From positions 21,072-85,071 of the forward strand of contig JAXDQU010000089.1 in assembly GCA_034667685.1 (NCBI GenBank): a stretch of DNA of 64,000 bases, in the 5' to 3' direction. Source of the stretch: Thermoplasmata archaeon. GTDB taxonomy: Archaea > Thermoplasmatota > SW-10-69-26 > JACQPN01 > JAJPHT01. Both the position numbers and the translations under genes were made by a program. Below, in pieces: positions 17,280 to 26,694 of this stretch. The notes beneath the pieces are model-generated. The model was given only the letters and a program-made list of their open reading frames with translations, had not been told where the DNA came from and ran no database searches. How positions within the stretch are numbered: the first letter of the stretch is position 1; each line of letters starts with the position of its first letter.

Positions 17280-19451
17280 TTGGAGCAGATCGCCGGCATC
17301 GACCCGCGCATCCCGCCCGTGCTGCGCGCGAACGGCTATGGCGACCTCTGGCCCTCGCAGCAGGAGGCGGCGCCGATCGCGGTCGCGGGCCAGAACCTCG
17401 TCCTCGCGGTGCCCACCGCCAGCGGCAAGTCGCTCGTGGCGTACCTCGCGCTGCTGTCCAAGGCGCTCAAGGGCGCGCACGGGCTGTATCTCGTTCCGCT
17501 GCGTGCTCTCGCCTCCGAGAAGTACGAGGACCTGAAGGCGCTCGGGAAGGAATTGGGCCTGCGGGTCGCGATCGCCACGGGCGACCTGGACGCGGAGGAC
17601 CCGCAGCTCGCGCGTTTTGATATCGTGGTAGCCACGTCGGAGAAGGCCGACGCGCTGCTCCGCCACAAGGCGCAGTGGCTCACCAACATGGGGTGCATCG
17701 TCGCGGACGAGGTGCACCTCATGGGCGACCCGGGGCGCGGTCCGACGCTGGAGGTGCTGCTCGCGCGCTTCAAGCAGCTCAACCCCGCCGCGCAGATCGT
17801 CGCGCTCTCGGCCACGATCCAGAACTCGCGCCAGATCGCGGAATGGCTCGGCGCCGCGCACGTGAAGACCGAGTGGCGCCCCGTGACGCTGCGCGAGGGC
17901 ATCCTCTACGGCAACGCGATCACGTTCAGCGACGAGTCGAAGCAGAAGGTGGAGAGCGACCTGGAGGACGCGAGCCTCGCGCTCACCGAGGACTCCGTGC
18001 GCGGCGGGGGCAGCGTCATCGTCTTCGTCTCGACGCGCAAGAGCACCGAGGCGTTGGCCGAGAAGCTCGCGCAGGCCACGCGCGGCTCGCTGACGCCCGC
18101 GAACAAGGCCGCGCTCGACGAGGCCGCCGCGGGCCTGAAGGGCGGCAACGACGAGACCTCGGTGGAGAAGCGCCTCGCCAAGTGCATCGTGGGCGGCGCG
18201 GCGTTCCACCACGCGGGCCTGCGCAACGCCGAGCGCTCGCTGGTCGAGAAGCTGTTCAAGGCCGGCCATCTGAAGGCGCTGAGCGCGACGCCCACGCTCG
18301 CCGCCGGCGTCAACCTCCCCGCGCGGCGCGTCGTGGTGCGCGACCTCTTCCGCTATGACGTGAACAGCGGCAACGTCCCGATCCCGGTCCTGGAGTACAA
18401 GCAGATGGCGGGGCGCGCGGGCCGGCCTCGCTACGACAAGGTGGGCGAGGCCATCACCATCGCGAAGACGTACGAGCAGCGCGGCGAGATCAGCGCGTCG
18501 TTCCTCTTCGCGGACCCGGAGCGCATCGAGAGCAAGCTGGGCACCGAGAACGCGCTGCGCACGCATGTCCTCAGCAGCATCGCGTCCGAGTTCGTGGGCA
18601 ACGAGAAGGAGCTGGACGCCTTCATGCGCGCCACGTTCTACGCGCACACGTCGGACACGTGGATCCTCAAGGAGCGCACCACCCGGGTGATCGACTTCCT
18701 GCTGGAGAACGAGCTGATCAAGGCGGAGGGGGACGAGTTCAGCGCGACGCGCTTCGGCAAGCGCGTGAGCGAATTGTACATCGATCCCGCGAGCGCGGTG
18801 AAGATCCGCGCGGGCCTGGCGCGGGTCGGCGAGGTCCGGCTCACGCCCATGAGCTTCCTGCACCTCATCGCCTCGACTCCGGATATCATCCCGCTCTACC
18901 TGCGCAAGGGGGACGAGTGGCTCGCGGGCGTGGCGCTGGAGCGCGAGAGCGAGATCCTCGTCCCGCACAAGCACGGCGCGGACTACGAGTTCTTCCTCGC
19001 GGAGCTGAAGACCGCCTCCCTCCTGCACGACTGGGTCGAGGAGACGCCCGAGGAGGAGATGCTCAAGAAGTACGGCGCCTACCCGGGCGACGTCGCCAAC
19101 AAGGTCGAGACGGCGCGCTGGCTCCTCTACGCCACGGAGGAGATCGCGCGCATCTTCCAGAAGGAGGCGACGAAGCCCGTCGTCCAGCTCGCGGCGCGCG
19201 TGCAGCACGGCGCGCGGGCCGAGCTTCTCCCGCTCCTGGAGCTTCGCGGCGTGGGCCGTTACCGCGCGCGGCAGCTCTGGCGTGCGGGCTATCATTCCAA
19301 GGACCTGCTCGCGCAGGCCTCCGCCGCCGACCTGACGCGCGTCCAGGGCATCGGCCCGACGCTGGCGTCCAGCATCCTCGTGGAGCTTGGGCGCGACCCG
19401 GCTAGCGAGCCCGCTCCACCGAAGCGCGGGCAGCAGACGCTGGGGGAGTGA
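17280..19451 (+). CDS. hel308: Ski2-like DNA helicase Hel308/Hjm
   Basis: PTASGKS, DEVH, LSATI, AFHHAGL, TPTLAAGVNLPA, QMAGRAGRP and C-terminal HhH (GVGRYRAR, GIGP). The start is uncertain (TTG at 17280 or upstream). Confidence 0.92.
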   Translation: MEQIAGIDPRIPPVLRANGYGDLWPSQQEAAPIAVAGQNLVLAVPTASGKSLVAYLALLSKALKGAHGLYLVPLRALASEKYEDLKALGKELGLRVAIATGDLDAEDPQLARFDIVVATSEKADALLRHKAQWLTNMGCIVADEVHLMGDPGRGPTLEVLLARFKQLNPAAQIVALSATIQNSRQIAEWLGAAHVKTEWRPVTLREGILYGNAITFSDESKQKVESDLEDASLALTEDSVRGGGSVIVFVSTRKSTEALAEKLAQATRGSLTPANKAALDEAAAGLKGGNDETSVEKRLAKCIVGGAAFHHAGLRNAERSLVEKLFKAGHLKALSATPTLAAGVNLPARRVVVRDLFRYDVNSGNVPIPVLEYKQMAGRAGRPRYDKVGEAITIAKTYEQRGEISASFLFADPERIESKLGTENALRTHVLSSIASEFVGNEKELDAFMRATFYAHTSDTWILKERTTRVIDFLLENELIKAEGDEFSATRFGKRVSELYIDPASAVKIRAGLARVGEVRLTPMSFLHLIASTPDIIPLYLRKGDEWLAGVALERESEILVPHKHGADYEFFLAELKTASLLHDWVEETPEEEMLKKYGAYPGDVANKVETARWLLYATEEIARIFQKEATKPVVQLAARVQHGARAELLPLLELRGVGRYRARQLWRAGYHSKDLLAQASAADLTRVQGIGPTLASSILVELGRDPASEPAPPKRGQQTLGE

Positions 19452-19452
19452 C

Positions 19453-19932
19453 GTGACCGAGCCCACCATCCACGCCTACCGCGCCGAGGTGCGCGACGTG
19501 AAGGCGCTGCTCGCGCGCGTCCCGAAGGGCGTGCAGCTCCTGCGCGCCGACCGCGTGTACGGCGCGGATCACCTGCGCCTCGCCGCGCGCCTCGCCGCCC
19601 GCGCGCAGGCGGAGGGGCGCGGCCGCGCCGCCGACCTGGCGACCGAGACGCTGCTCTACGCCGCGGGCGAGCGGCAGGTGGCGAAGGCGCTCGCGTTCCT
19701 GGGCCTGCACGAGGGCGTCGTCGCGCTCGCGGCGGTGGCGTGGGACCCGGACGTCCTGGCGCGCCTCGCGGCCGCGGAGCGATGGACGCGCGACGACGCG
19801 CTGCTCGAAGGCGGCCCCGCCGTGCTCGATGCCTTCGGCGTGGCGCGCGAGGAGCGCGAGATGCTGCCCCCCGCGCGCTGGGACGAGCTCGTGCTGGAGC
19901 GCGTGGCGCTGACGGACGTCCTGAAGGCCTGA
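19453..19932 (+). CDS. cgi121: KEOPS complex subunit Cgi121
   Basis: QLLRADRVYGADHL...ETLLYAAGERQVAKALAFLG...VLERVAL, immediately after hel308. Confidence 0.8.
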   Translation: MTEPTIHAYRAEVRDVKALLARVPKGVQLLRADRVYGADHLRLAARLAARAQAEGRGRAADLATETLLYAAGERQVAKALAFLGLHEGVVALAAVAWDPDVLARLAAAERWTRDDALLEGGPAVLDAFGVAREEREMLPPARWDELVLERVALTDVLKA

Positions 19933-20121
19933 CCCAGCAGACGGTCCCAGATTGACGAGGATTCTTTTCGCACATTTCGCGATTTCACAAGATGCTCCCA
20001 GTAACATTCTTCCTCCCGCACCTGTTAGCATCGCCCGGGAGACCCGGATCCTCGTGCGCGCCCTCTCCGCCTTCGTTTTGCTCGTCGCGCTCCACGCCTC
20101 CACGCTCCTGGCGAGTTCACC

Positions 20122-20781
20122 ATGACACGCGTCCCGATTTCCCGACCCGAGAAGGCCGGCGGCCTGCATTGCCGAAGGATCGCCCGCGCCGCGTTTGCCC
20201 TCGCCTTGCTCCTTGCCCTCGTGATCCCCAACGTGGTCGCGGGCGGGGACGACGAGCCGCGCTCCGCCGACGATTGGCTCGCGAGCAACGCATGCGGACA
20301 GAGCCCGCTCGTGCCTCCCATCGGGTGCGCCATCACGGCCCACGTGAACCTGAGCCTCTTCGGGACCTGCAACGACGACGGCGCCTGCCCCTTCACCATC
20401 GGCGCGACGACGACCGGGACGTCCCGGCTCCCCGGCGCGATCGACGCCTACGTCTGGGTGCTGATGGATCTCCACGCGGGCGCCCATGGCGGCATCTGCG
20501 CGACCGACCCCTCGGGCTCCGTGACGGTCAGCACGCCGGAGAGCTGCATCAACGTCTGCGCGCGTAACACCGTGGGGACCTTCGCGGCATGCGCGGGGAG
20601 GACCATCATGATCGACCGCGTCGGACCAGGCGGCTGCGACGACGTCTACGTCGGCGCCAACTTCGACTGGGGCGAATACCTCGCGGGCGCCTCCGTGCTG
20701 AAGGACTACGTGGTCTGCGAGAACCTGGACCACACGTCCTTCATCCTGCCCGACGGCGCTCCCTATCCGTTTCCGGTGTGA
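20122..20781 (+). CDS. Secreted Cys-rich hypothetical protein
   Basis: Hydrophobic leader (AAFALALLLALVIPNVVA) and about 10 Cys in the mature region. Confidence 0.6.
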   Translation: MTRVPISRPEKAGGLHCRRIARAAFALALLLALVIPNVVAGGDDEPRSADDWLASNACGQSPLVPPIGCAITAHVNLSLFGTCNDDGACPFTIGATTTGTSRLPGAIDAYVWVLMDLHAGAHGGICATDPSGSVTVSTPESCINVCARNTVGTFAACAGRTIMIDRVGPGGCDDVYVGANFDWGEYLAGASVLKDYVVCENLDHTSFILPDGAPYPFPV

Positions 20782-20783
20782 CC

Positions 20784-21860
20784 TCAGAGCGTGAACGCGT
20801 CGACCGCGCTGCCGTCGGTGGCCAGCACGCGCGCGCTCGCCGACCCCTTCGCGAAGTCGATCACGACCAACTCGTGCCCTTCGTGGCGCGCCGCGCTCCA
20901 CGCGGGCGAGGGGCTCTGGAAGTCGTTGTAGAGCGCCGCGCCGCCTCCGCCCGTGACGACGTAGGTGACGCCGGCGATGGGTGTCGTGCGCTCGTAGTTG
21001 TGCTCGTGCCCCGCGACGGCGAGCTTGACGCCGTGCTTCGCGAAGAGGGAGGCGAACGCCTTCTGCGCGTCGACGTCGCTGCCGTGCGTCGTGCCGCTGC
21101 TGTACCAGGGCGCGTGCTCGACGGGCACGATCCACGCGGCGTCCGCGGCTTGCGCGGTGGCAAGGTCCCGGTCGAGCCAGCGCGCCTGCGCGTCGTCGAC
21201 GTGGTTCGAGTCGAGCACGACGAAGTGGACGGGGCCCGCGTCGAAGGAGTAGTACGCCGCGGCGCCGCGCAGGCCCTCCATCTGTGCCGCGTCCACGCCC
21301 CGCTCGACGTCGTGGTTGCCGGTGGCATAGGCGATCGGCACGCCGGGAAGCGACGAGGCCACGAGCCCCATCCAGCCGTCCCAGACGCGCTCGTCGCCGT
21401 ACGCGTACGCCACGTCGCCCAGGTGCACGACGAGGTCGGGCTTCTGCGCCGCGGCTTCTGAGAGCACGCGGCCGGCGGCGTCGCCCGCGCCGGTGTCGCC
21501 CACGAAGACGACGCGCAGGTGGTCAGCCGCGGGCACGCGCAGCGTCGCGCCGTCCGCGAGCGCGATCGTCGAGCCGGGCGCGGCGCCGCGCACGAGATCG
21601 CGGTGGAACGCGTCGCGCTCGATCCAGGGGAACGCGGCGACCGCGGACCAGCGCGTCACGTCGTCGCGCCCCGCGGCGAGCGAAGGGTCGGCGAGCCCGC
21701 CGCCGCTGCGCGTGACGATGGCGAAGCTGTCGTGGCCGGGCGCCACGACGACCTGCGTGAGCGAAGGCTCGTCGCCGCGCACCGCGATCACGAGGGGCGC
21801 GCCCACGGCGAGCGCGACGAGGCCGACCGCGGCGAGGGTGACGAGGATGCGTCGGTCCAC
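20784..21860 (-). CDS. Secreted/membrane-anchored metallophosphoesterase (purple acid phosphatase-like)
   Basis: VGDTG, GDVAY, GNHD, HAPWYSS, GHEHNYER, TGGGG and an N-terminal TM. Confidence 0.88.
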   Translation of the reverse strand: MDRRILVTLAAVGLVALAVGAPLVIAVRGDEPSLTQVVVAPGHDSFAIVTRSGGGLADPSLAAGRDDVTRWSAVAAFPWIERDAFHRDLVRGAAPGSTIALADGATLRVPAADHLRVVFVGDTGAGDAAGRVLSEAAAQKPDLVVHLGDVAYAYGDERVWDGWMGLVASSLPGVPIAYATGNHDVERGVDAAQMEGLRGAAAYYSFDAGPVHFVVLDSNHVDDAQARWLDRDLATAQAADAAWIVPVEHAPWYSSGTTHGSDVDAQKAFASLFAKHGVKLAVAGHEHNYERTTPIAGVTYVVTGGGGAALYNDFQSPSPAWSAARHEGHELVVIDFAKGSASARVLATDGSAVDAFTL

Positions 21861-21885
21861 GCGCGGGGGGTGGCGGGCGCGGGCT

Positions 21886-23148
21886 TCAACGTTGCCGGTA
21901 GGCTCGGCGTACGGCGCAAGCGACCAGGGTGGCGAGCGCGAGCGGCGCGAGGCCGGGGGCCGGCGCGGGGCGCGCGCCGGATTCGACGGGGACCGGCGTT
22001 CCCGGGCGGACGATGGTGAACGAGTCGAGTACCGCGCCGTGCGCGTCGATGGCCTGCCCGCGAAGCCTCGTGGGCGTGAGGGTGAGCAGGACGAACTCGT
22101 ACGTCGGGGCGCGCGTGGCGCTCCAGGCGGGCTGAGCGTCCCACGTGTCATAGAGCGAGTCGCCGCCCCCGCCGCTGTCCACGTAGACGATGCCCGCGCC
22201 GCGCGTCCAGGCGTCTCGCCCCGCGCTGGGCGTGCCGTTGCGCAGCGGCCAGGTGCGCTCGTACGCATGCGCGTGGCCGTAGAGCGCGACGTCGAGCCCG
22301 CCCGCCTCGAAGGCCGGGACGAAGTCGTCGTGCGCGGCCACGTCGGCGCCCCCGTCGTGCGCGTTCGAGGAGTAGAGCGGCCGGTGGAAGTACGCGATGC
22401 GCCATGCGTCGCCGGCGGACGCGAGGGAATCGTTCAGGAACGCGAGCTGCGCCTCCGGCCTCGTCTCGTTGGGCCGCAGCGCGACGTCGTGGTGGTAGGC
22501 CTCGGTGTCGAGCGCGACGAAGAAGGCCGGACCGTACGAGAACGCGTAGTAGCGGCGCGGCGCGTCGGGGGCCGGGAAGTGCTCGTCGTACTCGCGCGCC
22601 TCGCTCCCGCAGGGCGCCAGGTCGCCCTTCGCGTCCTGCGCGCAGAGCGTCTCGTGGTTTCCCAACGCGGTCATGGTGGGCACGCGCGAGGCGAGGGGCT
22701 CGAGGCGCGCGAGCCACGCGTCCCACGTGTTGCTGTCGCCGTTCGCGTAGGAGAGGTCGCCGCCCAGGATCACGAGGTCGGGCTTCGCCGCGGCGACCGC
22801 GTCGAGGACGAGCGTGGAGCTCTCCGTGCTTCCGAGGTCCGCGAGGAACGCGACGCGCAGCGTGCCGTTGGAGCCTGGCCGCGGCGCGAGGTCGAAGGAG
22901 CGCCCGTCGATCTGATAGCTCGTCGCCTCGGCCGGGATGCGCGCCACGAAGTCGCGGTCCGGCTCGCCGGGCGCGGAGACCTGCCGCGCCGACGCCGTCC
23001 CGTGGTCCCAGCTCACCCGCGGCGTCGCGTCGTCGCCGAACGCCACGAGGTAGCCCGCGCCGTCCCACTCCACGTGCACGCCCGTGGCGGTCGCCGCGGC
23101 GCCCGGCGCCAAGAGGACGACGAACGCGAGCGCGGCCGCCAGGCGCAT
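21886..23148 (-). CDS. Secreted purple acid phosphatase-like metallophosphoesterase with C-terminal anchor
   Basis: Signal peptide, ADLG, GDLSY, GNHE, HRPLYSS, GHAHAYER, and a C-terminal PG-hydrophobic-basic tail (archaeosortase-like). Confidence 0.88.
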   Translation of the reverse strand: MRLAAALAFVVLLAPGAAATATGVHVEWDGAGYLVAFGDDATPRVSWDHGTASARQVSAPGEPDRDFVARIPAEATSYQIDGRSFDLAPRPGSNGTLRVAFLADLGSTESSTLVLDAVAAAKPDLVILGGDLSYANGDSNTWDAWLARLEPLASRVPTMTALGNHETLCAQDAKGDLAPCGSEAREYDEHFPAPDAPRRYYAFSYGPAFFVALDTEAYHHDVALRPNETRPEAQLAFLNDSLASAGDAWRIAYFHRPLYSSNAHDGGADVAAHDDFVPAFEAGGLDVALYGHAHAYERTWPLRNGTPSAGRDAWTRGAGIVYVDSGGGGDSLYDTWDAQPAWSATRAPTYEFVLLTLTPTRLRGQAIDAHGAVLDSFTIVRPGTPVPVESGARPAPAPGLAPLALATLVACAVRRAYRQR

Positions 23149-23200
23149 CGGAGAAGGGGAGCCAAGGAGCGGCCTTCAACGCTCCCGAACGACCGAGGGA

Positions 23201-23560
23201 TCAGGCCCACGGGTTGTCGCGCAGGAAGCGCTGGTACTCCGCGAGGAGGAACGCGACCGCCTTGCGGCGCTGCTCGGCCACGTCCGTCGCCTCCGAGCCG
23301 CGCAGGTGCGCCAGCACGGTGTGGATCTCGGCGATCCGCTCCGCGCCGGGCGGGCGCTCGTGGGCGAGGTCCTCGCTGTGGAAGAAGAAGTAGTTCCGGA
23401 GCTCGGCGTCGCCCTTGACCTCGTCGTAGGGCGCGCAGAGCAGGCGCGCGCGGATCTCGCGCCGCTCGCCCTCGGAGAGCTCCTCGTACCAGGCGATCCA
23501 GTCGCGGGAGGGCTCCCGGCGCAACGCCGGAAGCTGGACCTGGCTGGGGGTCGCTTGCAT
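23201..23560 (-). CDS. Hypothetical protein (119 aa) downstream of lanC
   Basis: Host-like codons and a TATA-like TTTATAT 24-30 nt upstream on the minus strand. Confidence 0.65.
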   Translation of the reverse strand: MQATPSQVQLPALRREPSRDWIAWYEELSEGERREIRARLLCAPYDEVKGDAELRNYFFFHSEDLAHERPPGAERIAEIHTVLAHLRGSEATDVAEQRRKAVAFLLAEYQRFLRDNPWA

Positions 23561-23637
23561 AAGGCAGAGTTGCTCTTTGGGTCATATAAAGGAAGCGCGG
23601 CTGGCGACCGGGTGCCTGCGGGTCCGGAGCGCCGGGG

Positions 23638-24717
23638 CTACGCGGGACCGGGCGCCAGCAGGCTCGGCACCTCGCCCGGTCGCGCCAGCTCCAGCAGCCA
23701 GTGGCCGATGCCCGCCAGCCCCTGCATGAGCGCGGGGTGCGCGTCGTAGAGCGCGCCGGTGGGCCAGGAGCGCCACGGCTCCCTCGCCTGATATCGTTCC
23801 AGCCCCCAGCGCGCGACGGCGCGGGCGCGCGCGAGGCCGCCGGGGTCGCCCAGCGCCTCGTCCATGACGTGCACGCACGCGGCGACACCCGCCACGCCGC
23901 AGCAGAGGTGGAACGGATCGCCGGGCGAGGCGAGCATCGCGTCGAGGCGCGCCTGAGCCTGCGCCCGCAGCGCGCGCACCTCCGGCGCGAGGCCGGGCAC
24001 GCGCGGCATGGCGAGCGCGCGGGCCAGCCCCATGCCGGGCGCGCCGTGGCACCAGCTCTCGCGCTCGCGCGGCAGGGCGTGCTCGCGGCCGAACGCCTCG
24101 CGCGCGGCGGAGGGGTCCACGAAGGAGAGCGCGTAGGCCGCGCCCGAGAGCCCGTGCGCGAAGCCCGCGACGCGCGCCTCGCCGGGTCGGAGGTCGGCCG
24201 CGAGCGTGTCGGCCTCATCCGTGCCTGCGAGGAGCGCGAGCGCGCCCGCCGTGCCGCCCACGAGGTCCCAGCCGTGCGCGCGCCGGCGCGAGGCGAGGAC
24301 CTTCGTGCGCAGCCGCCGCGCGTGGGCACTCTCGCCCACCTGGTCCGCGGCCCACGCGACGCCCAGCGTCCCCAGGTACGGCCCGAAGCGCGCCTCGCCG
24401 CCGGTCTGCGCCGCCACGAGCGTCTTCGCCTCGTCGACGTGCCAGGCATGGCGCAGCGCATGCCGGATCGCGCCGCGGGCCGCGCGGGCGTGGGCCTTGT
24501 CTCCGCTGACGCGCGCGAGGCGGGCGAGGAAGAGCGCGATGCCCGCCGTGCCGCCGTAGAGGCTCGACTCCAGCGTGTAGGCCATCGCGCCGCCGTGCGG
24601 ACCCGGCTCGCGGTGCGCGGCGATCCACGTGCACCGGTCCGCGTGCCAGACCGCCTCGCGCGCGAGCTTGTCGCCGATCGCGACGGCCTCCGCGAGCAGC
24701 GCCGCGTCCTCGCGCAT
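23638..24717 (-). CDS. lanC: Stand-alone lanthionine synthetase LanC-like cyclase (359 aa)
   Basis: GxxG repeats LYGGTAGIALFL, DLVGGTAG, GFAHGLSG (catalytic His), SWCHGAPG, LCCGVAG (Zn ligands), LMQGLAGIG. Its ATG overlaps the upstream TGA. Confidence 0.85.
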   Translation of the reverse strand: MREDAALLAEAVAIGDKLAREAVWHADRCTWIAAHREPGPHGGAMAYTLESSLYGGTAGIALFLARLARVSGDKAHARAARGAIRHALRHAWHVDEAKTLVAAQTGGEARFGPYLGTLGVAWAADQVGESAHARRLRTKVLASRRRAHGWDLVGGTAGALALLAGTDEADTLAADLRPGEARVAGFAHGLSGAAYALSFVDPSAAREAFGREHALPRERESWCHGAPGMGLARALAMPRVPGLAPEVRALRAQAQARLDAMLASPGDPFHLCCGVAGVAACVHVMDEALGDPGGLARARAVARWGLERYQAREPWRSWPTGALYDAHPALMQGLAGIGHWLLELARPGEVPSLLAPGPA

Positions 24718-25454
24718 CAGATCGTCACCTCGATCTCGGAGCGGCCGGGCGCCAGGTGCGGCGCGTCGAGCCCTTCGGCGCGGAAGCGCGCCTCCAGCGC
24801 GTCGAGCGGGTCGCGTCCGGCGCGCCAGGCCTCGTGGAGCCCTTCGGCCGCGAGGCGGCTGCGGTGCAGGCCGAAGCTCTCGCCCCGGCCCGGGTCGTCC
24901 GCCACCGCGACGCCGGGCGCGATGCGGCGGGCGAACGCGGGCGTCCCCGGGCGCAGCCACGGTTTCACGGCCTCGTGGAGCGCGCGCACGTCCAGCGCAT
25001 CGCGGGGCGCGTAGAGCACCGCGGCGTCCGCGCGCACGAACTGCGAGGGATCGTTGGCGATCTTCGCGTGGTGCGGAAGGTCGAGCTTGCGCAGCGCCCG
25101 CGCGAAGGGCAGCGCGCCCTCGCGGCAGAGGTGCCAATAGACGCGCGCGGTGCCCGGCTCCCCCGCCGCGTGCCGCCGCGCGCCGGGCATGTGGCACCAG
25201 CCCAGGTCCGGGTCCTGGCGCGGCGCGCCGCGGGCCTTCTCCAGCGCGCGGTGCAAGGCGTGGGCAAGGAGGCGCTCGCGCGGCGGCATGGCCTCGCGGA
25301 CCGGGGAGCCGCGGAGGTAGTGGCGCTCGTAGATCAGCCGGGCGGCGTCCGCGACCTCCACGTTCTCGTAGCGCTCGCCCATCCAGAGGAACGTCCGCGC
25401 GTCGGCGAACGAGCCCGCGGCGGCGAGCGGCGCGAGCGCGTCGCGCAATGTCAC
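24717..25454 (-). CDS. HopA1-family protein, probable phosphoSer/Thr lyase (LanY-like, 245 aa)
   Basis: RVYWHL, HAKIANDPSQFVRADAAVLY, PAFARRIAPGVAVADDP, ESFGLHR. GTGA overlap with the kinase. Confidence 0.8.
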   Translation of the reverse strand: MTLRDALAPLAAAGSFADARTFLWMGERYENVEVADAARLIYERHYLRGSPVREAMPPRERLLAHALHRALEKARGAPRQDPDLGWCHMPGARRHAAGEPGTARVYWHLCREGALPFARALRKLDLPHHAKIANDPSQFVRADAAVLYAPRDALDVRALHEAVKPWLRPGTPAFARRIAPGVAVADDPGRGESFGLHRSRLAAEGLHEAWRAGRDPLDALEARFRAEGLDAPHLAPGRSEIEVTI

Positions 25455-26503
25455 GCGAGCCACCCCTCCCCGAGAAGATCGCGCGCGGCTCGGGCCGGGT
25501 CGTCGTGCGCCGCGCGCGCGAGCCGCGCCGCGTCGAGCGGAAGCTTCGGGCGCGCCGGGGCGACGGGGAGCGCCTCGTAGGCGTGCACGGCGAGGTGGAG
25601 CGCCAGGTTGCGCAGCAGCGTCTCGCGCAGCGCGCGGGCCGAGTCGCGGGAGAGGCGCGCGGTCCGCCGATAGCCAAGCGCGGTCTGGGCCACGGCGGCG
25701 TGCCACGTCTGCGGTGGCTGGCGCTGCCCGTCGACGAGCCACGCGCGGACGTGCTCGCAGAGCGCGTAGCCGAGGTCCCACGCGGGGTCGCCGCGGTGCG
25801 CCAGCTCCCAGTCCACGAGGCGCGCGTTGAGCTCGCCGCGCGGGCCGGCGCCCGAGGTCAGGAGGAAGTTGTCCCAGCGCGCGTCGCCGTGCACGAGCCC
25901 GACGACCCGCTCGGGGGCGGCGGCGAAGGGCAGCCCGTGGAGCGCGTCGCGCAGCGCGGCGGCGTGCGGGTCCTCCTTCGCGCGGTGGTCCAGCGAGGTC
26001 GGGATGCGCAGCGCGGCGGGCGTCTCGCGCGGGATCGCGCGGAGCGAGCCCTCCCGCGCGGCGCGGATGCCGGCCACGCGCAGGCGCGCGAGGATGCGGC
26101 CCACGGTGAGCGACGAGGCGGGGCTGACGCCGCGCGCCTGGTGCAGCTTGCCCAGCGTCGTCGCCGGGTGCACGAGCGCGGTGGCGAGGATCGCGTCCCG
26201 CGGGTCGTGGCGCAGGAGCGTGGGCACGAAGCGGCGCATCGGGGCGAGCGCGGGCGCGCGGGCGAAGGCGCGCAGCGTGGCGGCCTCGCGCGCGACGCCG
26301 GCCGAAAGCTCGGCGTTGTCCGGCTCCATCGCCTGCTTGAGCAGGACGCCCGCGCGGCGCGGCACGAGGACCTTCACGTTGCGGTTCCGGCGCGTGTAGT
26401 CGCGGACCTCGACCCGCCCGTCGCGCGCGTCCACGACGGCGCTGGCCGGCACGAGGCGGTTGCGCACGAGCCAGGGCACCGCGCCCGCCAGCGTCAGCTC
26501 CAC
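25451..26503 (-). CDS. APH-family phosphotransferase, probable Ser/Thr kinase (LanK-like, 350 aa)
   Basis: RRNRNVKV, LLKQA, LVHGDARWDNFL (catalytic loop), LVDWELAHRGDPAWDLG. Confidence 0.85.
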   Translation of the reverse strand: MELTLAGAVPWLVRNRLVPASAVVDARDGRVEVRDYTRRNRNVKVLVPRRAGVLLKQAMEPDNAELSAGVAREAATLRAFARAPALAPMRRFVPTLLRHDPRDAILATALVHPATTLGKLHQARGVSPASSLTVGRILARLRVAGIRAAREGSLRAIPRETPAALRIPTSLDHRAKEDPHAAALRDALHGLPFAAAPERVVGLVHGDARWDNFLLTSGAGPRGELNARLVDWELAHRGDPAWDLGYALCEHVRAWLVDGQRQPPQTWHAAVAQTALGYRRTARLSRDSARALRETLLRNLALHLAVHAYEALPVAPARPKLPLDAARLARAAHDDPARAARDLLGEGWLA

Positions 26504-26576
26504 GCTGCCGCCACGAGGGCGCGCGACATGAATCTTGATGTGCTCCGCAGGTCTTGCGAGCGCGGAGGTCTGCTGG

Positions 26577-26693
26577 ATGAAGCTCACCACGCGCGACATC
26601 GAAGCCATGGAAAACAAGACGCCCCGCCCCAACGAGGCGACCCCGACGGGTTGCTACTTCGGGACGGGGTGCTTCCTGTACAGCCTGCACTGA
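26577..26693 (+). CDS. RiPP precursor A1, 38 aa: MKLTTRDIEAMENKTPRPNEATPTGCYFGTGCFLYSLH
   Basis: Translated by hand. GGAGGT RBS 7 nt upstream; homologous to A2-A4. Confidence 0.85.
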   Translation: MKLTTRDIEAMENKTPRPNEATPTGCYFGTGCFLYSLH

Positions 26694-26694
26694 T

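Noticed and set aside
24717-25454. HopA1 similarity read as a type III secretion effector
   Set aside because: There is no T3SS context. Coupling to an APH kinase and LanC fits a RiPP lyase.
25451-26503. APH gene read as aminoglycoside resistance
   Set aside because: The operon context with HopA1, LanC and precursors indicates peptide modification.
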